Assembly (NCBI GenBank): GCA_035717865.1 | Contig: DASTIE010000177.1 | Coordinates: forward strand, 547-64,546 | DNA length: 64,000 nucleotides | Reading direction: 5' to 3' | DNA from: Candidatus Limnocylindrales bacterium | Lineage (GTDB): Bacteria > Chloroflexota > Limnocylindria > Limnocylindrales > CSP1-4 | Shown here: positions 27,640 through 36,524 of the stretch, in pieces | How positions within the stretch are numbered: position 1 is the stretch's first letter | How the letters are laid out: each line of letters starts with the position of its first letter | The notes under the pieces: generated by a model | The model's database searches: none | What the model was told of the DNA's origin: nothing | The model's input: only the letters and a program-made list of their open reading frames with translations | Program-made: the position numbers and the translations under genes

Positions 27640-30600
27640 ACCGTGGGGCGACGCTCCTGCGTCGCCGGATCGTCGTCCTCCTCGCCGCTGCCCTCCTCGC
27701 CTCCTGCACCCCCGCTGCAACGCCGGACCCGAGCGGCGCGTGGGTCGCGCGCTGGGAGCCGCGCACTGCGTGGGAACGAGCCCTCGCGACTCTCGATCCC
27801 GCAACCGGTACGTTCGCCAGGGACGACGCCCTGCGCCTGTTCGCGACGGCATTCGGGCCGCTGCCCGGCGTCGACGTCCAGCAGGACCTCACCGGAATCA
27901 CCGATCGGACCATCGCGATCGCAGCGGTCAAGGCCTACGAATCGGAGCTGACCGAGGACCAGCGCGCGGCGATCGATGCCGCGATTGCACCCCCACCCGA
28001 CAGCCTGCGGGTCGTGGTGAGCGATGAGGCCGCGGACGCCCGGCCGGCGTCGATCGACAGCAGGCCCGCAACCGGGCTGGTGCCCGTGGCGCTCGCGCGG
28101 GCGCGAGCCGATCCTGCTGCCGCCGGTGTCGGGCTGACCGCGAGCAGCACCTTCGCCCCAGGGCTCAAGGAGGCGATCGAGGAGTCCGTCGCCACGTACC
28201 GCACCATCATCGCGGCCAAGCTCGGAATGAGCCTGTCCGGGAAGATCACCGTGAACCTCGCGCCCCAGCCGAAGAACGAGCCCAATGTTCTTGGTCAGGC
28301 CTGGAGCAAGTGGCCCGGGGGTGTGTTCGGCGACTGCGAGATCACGGTCTTCCCGCTCGCGACGGATCTCGGCGGCGTGGAGACGCTCGACACGCTCGCC
28401 CACGAGGTCTTCCACTGCTTCCAGTTCGACGGGTACCACTCGCTCCTGCAGTATGCCTACGCGCCCCGGTGGGTCATCGAGGGCCAGGCAGCCTGGGTCG
28501 GCGAGACGCTTGCCGGGGGTGACACGGGCGTTCCGTTCAACCATTGGCGGCGGTATCTCACGCTGCCGTGGCTGTCCCTGACCGGGCGCGTGTATGACGC
28601 CATCGGCTTCTATTCGCACCTCGCCGAGTCGGGCATCGATCCCTGGACGCGATTCCGCGCGATGTGGGGGGCGGGCAGCGACAGCGCCGCCGCATTCGTC
28701 AATTCCGACGCCGAAGGCCCGAGCTTCCTGGAGTCGTGGGGCTCCAGCATCGTGCGGGAGGCCGCTCGTGGCGCGTCCTGGGACACCACCGGTCCGAGCA
28801 TCACGGAGGATTCCTACTTCCTGCGACCCGCGGACATGATCGGCGGCGACGACGTCAGGCGGATCGCCACGCCCGAGTTCACCGCCGATGCGTTCCAGTA
28901 CGAGGCCACGGCGGACATGGTCAGGATCAGCATCCCGGGTCAGGCCCGCCTGAGCGACGGAAAGCTGGACACGACCGAGCTCGCCGGAGTCACGTTCTGC
29001 GTCGAAGGCCACGACTGCTCGAAGGCCACCGCCTGCCCGGGCGAGGAGAACGAGCCCCAGGCGAAGGCCGTGATCGGTTCGCGCTTCGTCATCGGCATCA
29101 GCGGCGGTGTCAAGCCCATGACGGGGACCATCCGGGGCATCAGGATCGGGAGTCCCGACGAATGCCCGAGCGCCCCTCCCGAGACCCCGCCGCCGCCCTC
29201 GCGCGCTCCTGGTGCGTCGCCGCCGCGGCCGCCGGCTTCGACCGGCCGCACCCCGTGCCAGTCGAGCTGCGGGCAGTCGAACGGCGACGTGCACATCGAC
29301 ACCTTCGGTGCGTTCGACTACGACTTCCAGGGCGTGGGGGAGTTCGTCGTGGCCCGATCCGCGGACGGCCGCTTCGAGGTCCAGACGCGCCAGGCGCCGT
29401 TCGGCGACTCGAAGGTCGTATCCATCAACACCGCGGTGGCAGTCAAGGCCGGCGGCCAGCGCATGGCCCTGTACGTCGACGTCCGGACGAACACGGTTCG
29501 CCTGTCCGTGAACGGGCTGGACGTGCCGATGGCCGCCCCGGTCGCGTTCGGGGCCGGCCTGATCGTGCCCTCAACCGAGGGTGTCCGCATCGACACGGGC
29601 GACGGCAGCTACGTCGACGTGATCGGCACGAGCCATCGCGGGTTGAACCTGCTGGTCGAGCCGGGCGTGGATCGGCTGGCGGGCATCGTTGGGCTCATGG
29701 GGCTGAACGCGAAGGACAGCCGCTGGCCGGCGCTGCCGGATGGTTCGGCCATCCTCCCCTATCCGTTCGATCGCCACACCGAGTACGCCCAACTCTACGA
29801 GACCCTCGCTCCCGCGTGGCGAGTCACGCCCGCGTCCTCGCTGTTCGACTACGCGCCGGGCGAGTCGACCGACACCTTCACGAACCAGCGCTTCCCGGCC
29901 GAGGTCGACTTCATCTCACTCGCCGACCTGACACCGGCCCAGCGTGCCGCCGGCGAGGAAGCCTGCGCGGGCGTCACCGACCCGGACCTCCACGACATGT
30001 GCGTCTTCGACGTCGGCGTGACGTCGGATTTCGGGTACGGCGATGTCTACGAGACGACCATCCGGCTGCGCGAGACGGGCGAGCTCGGGTTCAGCGGCGA
30101 ACGGGTCCGCATCGTCAACCTGTATGCCAACGACGGCCGCGGCACGGATCTCGACGTGTACGCATGGGCGGGCGACGCGGCCAACCTTGGGGACTCGGGC
30201 ACGGGCCCGGTGCTCGTGACCACGGTGCCGTACGGACAGTCGAGCGATTGGTTCGACCCGGGCCGGATGGCCAACGGACCCTTCGCCCCCGTGACCTGGA
30301 TCTCGGTCCAGCGGCACGGCGAGCCCGTGAACACCTGGCAGCTCAACCTGTTCGACCTGGGCCGTGACGTCCTGGCCGGCCTCGAACGCACGTTCGTCCT
30401 GGCGAGCGATCGCGACGGATTCAGCGCCGTCGGCGGCACCCCTGGGGGTCGCCAGGAGATCCTCGAGCAGGCGCCGGAAAGCTTCTTCCCGCTGATCGAC
30501 GCACCCGCCGGCAAGGCGCTTGCCTTCCTTGATGCCGCGCCGATGTCGGACGTGGACGAGACGCAGCAGTGGGCCGCGAGCGTCGACGGCACGTGCCTCG

Positions 30601-30860
30601 CCGATCCCGACTTCCCGACGCTGGTGCGGACCGCCCTGGGCGACGCGCTCCGGCCGGTGGTCCTCGAGCCCGGTTCCGTCGATATCGCGGTGCACGAGTT
30701 CCCGCCCGGCGCCGACAGCTTCGACCTGAGCTGCGCGCGCCTGCCGATCGTGGCGCGGACCCACGTCACCGTGGCAGCCGGCGATCGCGTCCACCTGTTC
30801 ATCTACGCGGAGAGCGCGACGGCTCCGACCCGCCTCCTGGCCTTGCGGGTCGGCGACTAG
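27636..30860 (+). CDS. Large secreted lipoprotein with HExxH metalloprotease-like N-terminal region, VWD-like domain and C-terminal extension
   Basis: GTGA overlap with the upstream stop. Lipobox LLASCTP; HEVFHCFQ. A VWD-like segment CQSSCGQSNGDVHIDTFGAFDYDFQGVGEFVVARS starts at nt ~29250. The N-terminal ~550 aa are paralogous to 21772-23574. Confidence 0.65.
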   Translation: MNRGATLLRRRIVVLLAAALLASCTPAATPDPSGAWVARWEPRTAWERALATLDPATGTFARDDALRLFATAFGPLPGVDVQQDLTGITDRTIAIAAVKAYESELTEDQRAAIDAAIAPPPDSLRVVVSDEAADARPASIDSRPATGLVPVALARARADPAAAGVGLTASSTFAPGLKEAIEESVATYRTIIAAKLGMSLSGKITVNLAPQPKNEPNVLGQAWSKWPGGVFGDCEITVFPLATDLGGVETLDTLAHEVFHCFQFDGYHSLLQYAYAPRWVIEGQAAWVGETLAGGDTGVPFNHWRRYLTLPWLSLTGRVYDAIGFYSHLAESGIDPWTRFRAMWGAGSDSAAAFVNSDAEGPSFLESWGSSIVREAARGASWDTTGPSITEDSYFLRPADMIGGDDVRRIATPEFTADAFQYEATADMVRISIPGQARLSDGKLDTTELAGVTFCVEGHDCSKATACPGEENEPQAKAVIGSRFVIGISGGVKPMTGTIRGIRIGSPDECPSAPPETPPPPSRAPGASPPRPPASTGRTPCQSSCGQSNGDVHIDTFGAFDYDFQGVGEFVVARSADGRFEVQTRQAPFGDSKVVSINTAVAVKAGGQRMALYVDVRTNTVRLSVNGLDVPMAAPVAFGAGLIVPSTEGVRIDTGDGSYVDVIGTSHRGLNLLVEPGVDRLAGIVGLMGLNAKDSRWPALPDGSAILPYPFDRHTEYAQLYETLAPAWRVTPASSLFDYAPGESTDTFTNQRFPAEVDFISLADLTPAQRAAGEEACAGVTDPDLHDMCVFDVGVTSDFGYGDVYETTIRLRETGELGFSGERVRIVNLYANDGRGTDLDVYAWAGDAANLGDSGTGPVLVTTVPYGQSSDWFDPGRMANGPFAPVTWISVQRHGEPVNTWQLNLFDLGRDVLAGLERTFVLASDRDGFSAVGGTPGGRQEILEQAPESFFPLIDAPAGKALAFLDAAPMSDVDETQQWAASVDGTCLADPDFPTLVRTALGDALRPVVLEPGSVDIAVHEFPPGADSFDLSCARLPIVARTHVTVAAGDRVHLFIYAESATAPTRLLALRVGD

Positions 30861-30914
30861 GTTCGTCGCCAACACGACCGGCCGGACCTCGAGCTCGCGA
30901 CCGTCGCACGGGCT

Positions 30915-30931
30915 TGCCACGGAATTGCAAC
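30915..30931 (+). promoter_or_regulatory. Motif copy 7, TGCCACGGAATTGCAAC, 22 nt upstream of the ATG at 30954
   Basis: Consensus copy. Confidence 0.5.
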
Positions 30932-31013
30932 CGCCGTTCGCGATCCTCCGGCCATGGACCAGCCCACGCACCGCGCCCGGCTCGCCCCGCGCCAGGCCCG
31001 ACAGGAGTTGACC

Positions 31014-31637
31014 ATGTCGCGAATCGAGAACCCGAGCCCCGCGGCGCCACGCACGCTCCGGGCGCTGCCCCTCGCGGCCTTCGTGGCGGTCCTTGCCGGC
31101 CTCGCCGCATGCAGCTCGCCGGCGGACACCGCGCCCGGGACGACCGGGACGAGCACCACGGCAGGCCCGACCGGCACGTCAGGCGTCGCGGGCACGCCCG
31201 CTGCAGGTACGACAACCGGCCCGGCCGCGACCTCCGGCACGGGGAACGGCAACGGCAACGGCGTCACGAACGCACGCGCCTGCGACCTGCTCAGCGATGC
31301 GGACCTCCAGGAGATCACGCAGTCGGCGGTGATCGCGAAGACCGACACCGCGGCGGACACGATCTTCGCGAACTTCTGCCGCTGGAACCTGCCGGGCGCC
31401 GAGATCGACCTCGGCGTGGTCAGTCCGGGCGGCCGCGCCTGGTACGACGAGCACGTCGCGATCCTGAACGGCCTGCAGCCGGTGTCGGGCCTGCCCGCCG
31501 ACGTCGCGGTCCTCCAGGAGCTGACGGGGTCGATCTTCGCCGTGAAGGGCGACACCTACATCGACCTCTTCACCATCGGCGTCCGTGCGCCCGACGAGGA
31601 CCTCGTGCGCCGGGTCCTCGAGAACCTGGGGCAGTAG
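31014..31637 (+). CDS. DUF3558-like lipoprotein, paralog
   Basis: The ATG at 31014 has an AGGAG SD; lipobox LAGLAACSS; ACDLLSDADL..FCRWNL motif. An alternative in-frame start at 30954 lies 22 nt after the motif. Confidence 0.65.
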   Translation: MSRIENPSPAAPRTLRALPLAAFVAVLAGLAACSSPADTAPGTTGTSTTAGPTGTSGVAGTPAAGTTTGPAATSGTGNGNGNGVTNARACDLLSDADLQEITQSAVIAKTDTAADTIFANFCRWNLPGAEIDLGVVSPGGRAWYDEHVAILNGLQPVSGLPADVAVLQELTGSIFAVKGDTYIDLFTIGVRAPDEDLVRRVLENLGQ

Positions 31638-33020
31638 GTGGGCGGCAACCGCGGCCGCCTGGTCGGGAACCACGTTGACCGCGCCCGCGACGACCGCGCC
31701 GGCTGCAGCGAGGGCGGCGGCACCGTCACTCGCCTCCTGGCGGTGATCGCAGCCATCGCCGTGGCCGCCGCGGGCCAGCTCGCGCACCCGTCGCCCGCAT
31801 GGGCGTCATGGGGTGGCTCGATCTCGGTGTCCTTCGGCAACGGGGACGGAGCCGGGCGGGTGACGAGCGACGATGACGGAATCGACTGCCGCTACGCCAA
31901 CGGCGGCGCCTCGGGCGATTGCAGCCAGACCTACATCTTCCCGGACTTCCAGAGCTCGGTCCTGGTGACCATCACCTACACGCCCAGTCAGGGCAGCTAC
32001 CTCTGTGTGGGCAGCGCCGGTGGCTGCGTCACGAGCGGGGCGCCGCATTCCGTGACCCTCGAGTTCCGGCCGGAGTACGGCAATGTGGTCACGCTCACAC
32101 CCAGATTCGAGCTCACGTCGTACCGGCTGCAGGCCAGGATCGACGGTCCGGGGACCATCTCGAGCAACGGCACGCCGTGCTCTCCGAGTACGACATTGGA
32201 CTGGTGTGCGCTCTTCAAGCACGGAACCACTGCCACGCTCACGGCGCAACCGGCCGCCGGCTCGATCTTCACCTACTGGTCCGGAAATCCGTGCACGGGC
32301 TTCGATCCCGTCTGCTCGCTGACCGTGACCGAGGACTCGAACTACCTCGTGGTCTTCGGGAAGGTGAACATCTCCCTCGACATCGAGGGCTCGGGAACGG
32401 CCTGCGCCACGTCGGGGGCCAGGCTGTGCACGGAAGGGCTGATCCCGCCCGTGAGCAACTTCATCGCGGTTGGCACCACGCTGGTGATCGAGGCCAAGCC
32501 CGAGAAGGGCTGGCGCTTCGATCACTGGAACAGCGGGCCGTGTGGCGGCCAGGGCCTGACCTGTACCTTCACCGTGAAGGCCGCCAAATCCCTCGTTGCA
32601 ACGTTCAAGCGAATCCCGACGGCCACACCCACGCCGAAGCCGACACCGAAGCCGACCCCCAGGGCGACGCCGGCAACGGTCGCCACACCACGACCCACGG
32701 CCCCTTCAACTCCGGTCGCGGTGGCGCCGCCCGCCGCCAGCGCGGAACCGGCCCCGACGCTGGGCGCAGGCGAGCAGCCCCTGCCGACGTGGGATCCGCC
32801 GCCGTCGGTGCTGCAGACGGAGGAGCCGGTGGCCCCCGCCGTGACACTCGCGACCTCGCCGGTGCCCTCGTTCGCGACCGTCTCCACCGGGGCGGCCTCG
32901 GTGGCCACCGGGCCCGACGGGTTGATGCTCCTGCTCCTCGTGTTGCTGGCTGCCGGCGCGTTCGCGCTGCTCGGATTCGCCCTCGGTCGGCGGCGAGGGG
33001 CTACGCGACCTCGCGCTTGA
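31638..33020 (+). CDS. Surface protein with tandem divergent InlB-B-repeat-like Cys-containing domains, Pro/Thr-rich stalk and C-terminal TM anchor
   Basis: Signal peptide LLAVIAAIAVAAAGQLAHPSPAWA. Repeated ~80 aa modules with conserved C..C and F.YWSGNPC / FDHWNSGPCGG. PTPKPTPKPTP linker. Ends LLLLVLLAAGAFALLGFALGRRRG. N-terminal start uncertain. Confidence 0.55.
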   Translation: MGGNRGRLVGNHVDRARDDRAGCSEGGGTVTRLLAVIAAIAVAAAGQLAHPSPAWASWGGSISVSFGNGDGAGRVTSDDDGIDCRYANGGASGDCSQTYIFPDFQSSVLVTITYTPSQGSYLCVGSAGGCVTSGAPHSVTLEFRPEYGNVVTLTPRFELTSYRLQARIDGPGTISSNGTPCSPSTTLDWCALFKHGTTATLTAQPAAGSIFTYWSGNPCTGFDPVCSLTVTEDSNYLVVFGKVNISLDIEGSGTACATSGARLCTEGLIPPVSNFIAVGTTLVIEAKPEKGWRFDHWNSGPCGGQGLTCTFTVKAAKSLVATFKRIPTATPTPKPTPKPTPRATPATVATPRPTAPSTPVAVAPPAASAEPAPTLGAGEQPLPTWDPPPSVLQTEEPVAPAVTLATSPVPSFATVSTGAASVATGPDGLMLLLLVLLAAGAFALLGFALGRRRGATRPRA

Positions 33021-34209
33021 TCGTCGTCGAGGCCAGGGCGACGAAGAACAGGGCGATCCCGGCGAGGACGACCAGGTCGACCTGTACGGTGCCGTTCGAG
33101 AGATCGGCGCCCTTGAGCATCACCTCGCGGAGGCCATCGACCGCGTAGGTCAGCGGCAGCACGTGGGCGATCGCCTGGAGCACGTCCGGCAGCTTCTCCA
33201 CGGGCCACAGCAGCCCGGAGAGGAGGCCCTGCGGCACGATCACCAGCGGGATGAACTGGATGACCTGGAGCTCCGTTCGGGCGAAGGTCGACAGGAAGAT
33301 CCCGAGGTTGACCGCGCCGATCGACAGCAGCAGCGCAATGAGGAACGCCAGGTAGGGCGAGCCGGCGGCGTCGACCCCGAGCCCGATCGTGAGCGATGGG
33401 ATCGGGCCGAGCTCCGGCGTCTGGAAGGAGTTCAGGATGAACACGGTCAGGAAGGCGATCTGGATGGTCGCGAAGGTCCCGAAACCGAGGCTGTAGCCGA
33501 GCACGATCTCGGCCCGGGTCACGGGCGTGGCGACGAGCCGCTCCAGCGTGCCGCCGATTCGCTCGCGCAGGAAGCTCACGCCGGTCAGGAGGAACACGAA
33601 GAAGTAACCGAAGAAGCCGAGGAAGATCGGCGCGAAGACGTCCACCTGGTCGGCGTCCGGGGAGAGGTAGACGGTCTCGTGCGCGACCTGAGGAATGACT
33701 GGCGGCTGCGCGCCCGGGGGCACGAGCTCGCGCGCGACCGTGGCCATGAGGGCCTGTAGCTTCCCGAACGCGTCGGCATCGGCTCCCGGCTCGACCCCCT
33801 TGGTGATCACCGTGATGACCGGGCGGCGGCCGGCGAGGACGTCGTCGACGAGCGTGCTGGGCAGCACGAGCCCGAGATCGATGTTGTCGTCGCGGAGCTG
33901 CTGGCGCGCGCCCTCGCGAAGATCGAATCCAGGCTCAGCCTGGTCGGGGTCGCTGAACGACACCACCTCGATCCCGTCCGGGGCCCCGATGGTCGCCTCC
34001 GTGAGCGCATCGACGATCCGTTGGCCGGGCGCCCCCGCCTCATTCACGACCATCACACGAACGAGCGTGTCGTTGGTGTCGCGCAGGACCCAGCCGAGCA
34101 GCGCCGTGATCACGAGGGGCACGACGAACATCAGCGCGAGCGTTCGCTCGTCGCGGCGGAAGCCCTGGGCGATCCGGCGCGCGATGGCGGCGATGCGGCT
34201 CGGGCTCAC
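33001..34209 (-). CDS. ABC-2 family transporter permease
   Basis: Six TM helices at the C-terminus after a large N-terminal extracytoplasmic loop; ABC-2/YhgE-type architecture. Confidence 0.75.
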   Translation of the reverse strand: MSPSRIAAIARRIAQGFRRDERTLALMFVVPLVITALLGWVLRDTNDTLVRVMVVNEAGAPGQRIVDALTEATIGAPDGIEVVSFSDPDQAEPGFDLREGARQQLRDDNIDLGLVLPSTLVDDVLAGRRPVITVITKGVEPGADADAFGKLQALMATVARELVPPGAQPPVIPQVAHETVYLSPDADQVDVFAPIFLGFFGYFFVFLLTGVSFLRERIGGTLERLVATPVTRAEIVLGYSLGFGTFATIQIAFLTVFILNSFQTPELGPIPSLTIGLGVDAAGSPYLAFLIALLLSIGAVNLGIFLSTFARTELQVIQFIPLVIVPQGLLSGLLWPVEKLPDVLQAIAHVLPLTYAVDGLREVMLKGADLSNGTVQVDLVVLAGIALFFVALASTTIKREVA

Positions 34210-35063
34210 GCGTCGGCTCCGTCGGCGCCGGAGGCTCCGTCGGCGCCAGAGGCTCCGTCGGCGCCAGAGACGCCCGAGGCCCCCGGGAGCGGGCGCCCTT
34301 CGGGATCGAGGCCGGACAGCACCAGGAAGGCCGACTCGAGGTTCTCCTGCCCGGCCGTCGCTCGGAGCTCCGCACCGGTCCCCCGCCCGATGACCTTGCC
34401 GCTGCGCACGAACAGCAGCTCGTCGCAGCGATCGGCCTCGTCCATCACGTGGCTCGCGACGAGGATCGTGGTGCCGTCAGCCGCGAGGCGCCGGAAGTGG
34501 GTCCAGAACTGGACGCGCAGCGCCGGGTCCACGCCGACGGTCGGTTCATCCAGGAACAGCACCTTCGGACGGTGGACGAGGGTGCACGCGAGCGAGAGCC
34601 GGCGGCGCATGCCGCCGGAGAGCTGCAGCGCGGGCGTCCCCTTGCGGCCGCTCAGCTCCACGAGGTCGAGGACCTCGTCGATCGATGCCTTGTCCGCATG
34701 CCCTTCGAGCCGCGCGAAGAAGCCGAGGTTCTCGCCCACGGACAGGTCCGGGTAGATCGCCTCGGCCTGGGGCATGTAGCCGATCGAGGCGAGCGCCCTG
34801 CGCGACGGCATCCGCTCGCCCAGGATCCGCGCCTCGCCGGACGTGGCCTGCGCCAGGCCTGTCAGCAGCCGAATGAGGGTCGTCTTGCCGGAGCCGTTCG
34901 GGCCCAGCAGGCCGTAGATACGCCCCGGCCGGAGCGCGAGGTCGATGCCGTTGACGGCGTCGAGCGAGCCGAAGCGCTTGTGCAGGTCCACCGCCTCGAC
35001 GGCCGGCATCGGCGGCGGGGCCGTCGAGCGCATCGCGATGGCGGTCTCGTCCCGGTCCGTCAC
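34206..35063 (-). CDS. ABC transporter ATP-binding protein
   Basis: Walker A GPNGSGKTT, LSGGMRRR, Walker B LFLDEPT. C-terminal (SGADGA)3 repeat. Confidence 0.85.
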   Translation of the reverse strand: MTDRDETAIAMRSTAPPPMPAVEAVDLHKRFGSLDAVNGIDLALRPGRIYGLLGPNGSGKTTLIRLLTGLAQATSGEARILGERMPSRRALASIGYMPQAEAIYPDLSVGENLGFFARLEGHADKASIDEVLDLVELSGRKGTPALQLSGGMRRRLSLACTLVHRPKVLFLDEPTVGVDPALRVQFWTHFRRLAADGTTILVASHVMDEADRCDELLFVRSGKVIGRGTGAELRATAGQENLESAFLVLSGLDPEGRPLPGASGVSGADGASGADGASGADGADA

Positions 35064-35824
35064 GGCCGCAGGCCCGCCAGCGCCGAGGCCACGAGCTCGT
35101 CGACCGCCGCCTCCGGGCTGGGCAGATCGACCGCCCGCTCGATGACGGCGCGCGTCATCAGGTGGAAGAAGATGGGGCCGACGACGGCCTGGAGCGCGAG
35201 GATCGGGGGCATCCGCCGGATCCGCCCCGCGGCCATCTGCCGCGCCATGTAGTCGGCCAGCTGGCCGAGCGTCTGGGCGAAGAGGGGCCCCATGCCGGCC
35301 ATCCCCGGTCCGCTGCGGGCGGTGACCTCGTGGAACACGGCACGCATCAACCCGAACCGCTCGCCCGCCACGCCCACGACGGCCCGCCCGATCTGCGGCA
35401 GGACCACCTCCGGCGGGTCGTCCGGGTGGTTCACGATGATCGCCCGAACCGACTCGAACGGCGAGTACGCCTGGATCAGCGCCGCGAGGAGCGCCGGCTT
35501 GCCGGGGACCAGGCGGTACAGCGTGCCGCGTGACACGTCCGCGGCGACCGCGAGCTCCTCCATCGACAGCTCGGCGAGCGAGGACGTGAGCAGCATGTCC
35601 TTGGCGGCGGCGAGGATGCGGGCCCTGGCGTCCGGTCGGGGCTCCAGCTCGACGCTCCGCAGCAGGGACGCGCGCGAGCCGAAGTGGCGGTAGAACGTGG
35701 CCCGTGAGACGCCCGCCCGATCGGCGATGACCGCGACCGGAGCGCCGGCGTCGCCCGCGAGGACCTCGCGCGCCGCGGACATGACCTGGCGCCGGATGGT
35801 CGGATCCTCGGCGAGGGCTGGCAC
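35060..35824 (-). CDS. TetR-family transcriptional regulator (of the downstream ABC-2 exporter)
   Basis: Two TetR-type HTH-like segments; heads the tetR-ABC-ABC operon. Confidence 0.75.
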   Translation of the reverse strand: MPALAEDPTIRRQVMSAAREVLAGDAGAPVAVIADRAGVSRATFYRHFGSRASLLRSVELEPRPDARARILAAAKDMLLTSSLAELSMEELAVAADVSRGTLYRLVPGKPALLAALIQAYSPFESVRAIIVNHPDDPPEVVLPQIGRAVVGVAGERFGLMRAVFHEVTARSGPGMAGMGPLFAQTLGQLADYMARQMAAGRIRRMPPILALQAVVGPIFFHLMTRAVIERAVDLPSPEAAVDELVASALAGLRP

Positions 35825-35888
35825 GCCGTGAACCTAGATGTGACTCCGTGTCCCGTCAAGTCTCACGGTGTCGCGAATCACGATCGCG

Positions 35889-36515
35889 TCAGAGTCGGAT
35901 CGCGCCCGCCACCACCAGCGTCGCGAGCGCGATCGCGGCGCCGATGAGGAAGGCGAGCCACGTCCGGTAGCGCGGCCCCTCGTCCATCGATCGCAGCAGG
36001 TCGACTTCGTCGAGGATCGTTCGGAACGAGGCCGCGTCCGATTCGGGCAGGTCGCGCTTGGTGAACATCTGCGGCCGCACGACGCGCGAGGTCAGGATGA
36101 ACAGTCGCTGCGTCTCCTGCGCCGTGCGGTACACCGTCCACGGCTGGCGGATCTCCCGATCGGCCACGTGGAGGATCATCCCGGAGGTGTCGGCCTCGAC
36201 CGTCTGGACCATCAGCTCCGGCGCGGCCAGGTACGACCACCAGATGAACGGCAGGAGCAAGAAGCCCGTCCCGATCGCCGCGCTCAGGATCAGCGGCGGC
36301 ACCCACAGATCCGGGTGGACCCCGCGGAACAGGCCGAGCAGCCCGAGGGTCATCAGGAATCCGGCGATGCCCTGCGCGCCGGTCGATCTCGTCGCGCGGG
36401 TGAACACGAGGTCGGCGACGTCGCGGATGGAGATGCGGCTCTCGAACTTGACGTACGGCCCGTCGCGTTCGTCGTCGTCGGACGCCGCCCTGATCAGGTC
36501 CGCGTCCATGGCCAT
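35889..36515 (-). CDS. Membrane protein (YcxB-like, hypothetical)
   Basis: Two adjacent TM helices followed by a cytoplasmic domain. Confidence 0.5.
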   Translation of the reverse strand: MAMDADLIRAASDDDERDGPYVKFESRISIRDVADLVFTRATRSTGAQGIAGFLMTLGLLGLFRGVHPDLWVPPLILSAAIGTGFLLLPFIWWSYLAAPELMVQTVEADTSGMILHVADREIRQPWTVYRTAQETQRLFILTSRVVRPQMFTKRDLPESDAASFRTILDEVDLLRSMDEGPRYRTWLAFLIGAAIALATLVVAGAIRL

Positions 36516-36524
36516 GCGGGCGCC

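Noticed and set aside
35825-35888. Operator for the second TetR (CCGTGA...TCACGG-like inverted repeats)
   Set aside because: Only a weak, imperfect symmetry is visible and there is no second copy for comparison. It is not called as a feature.
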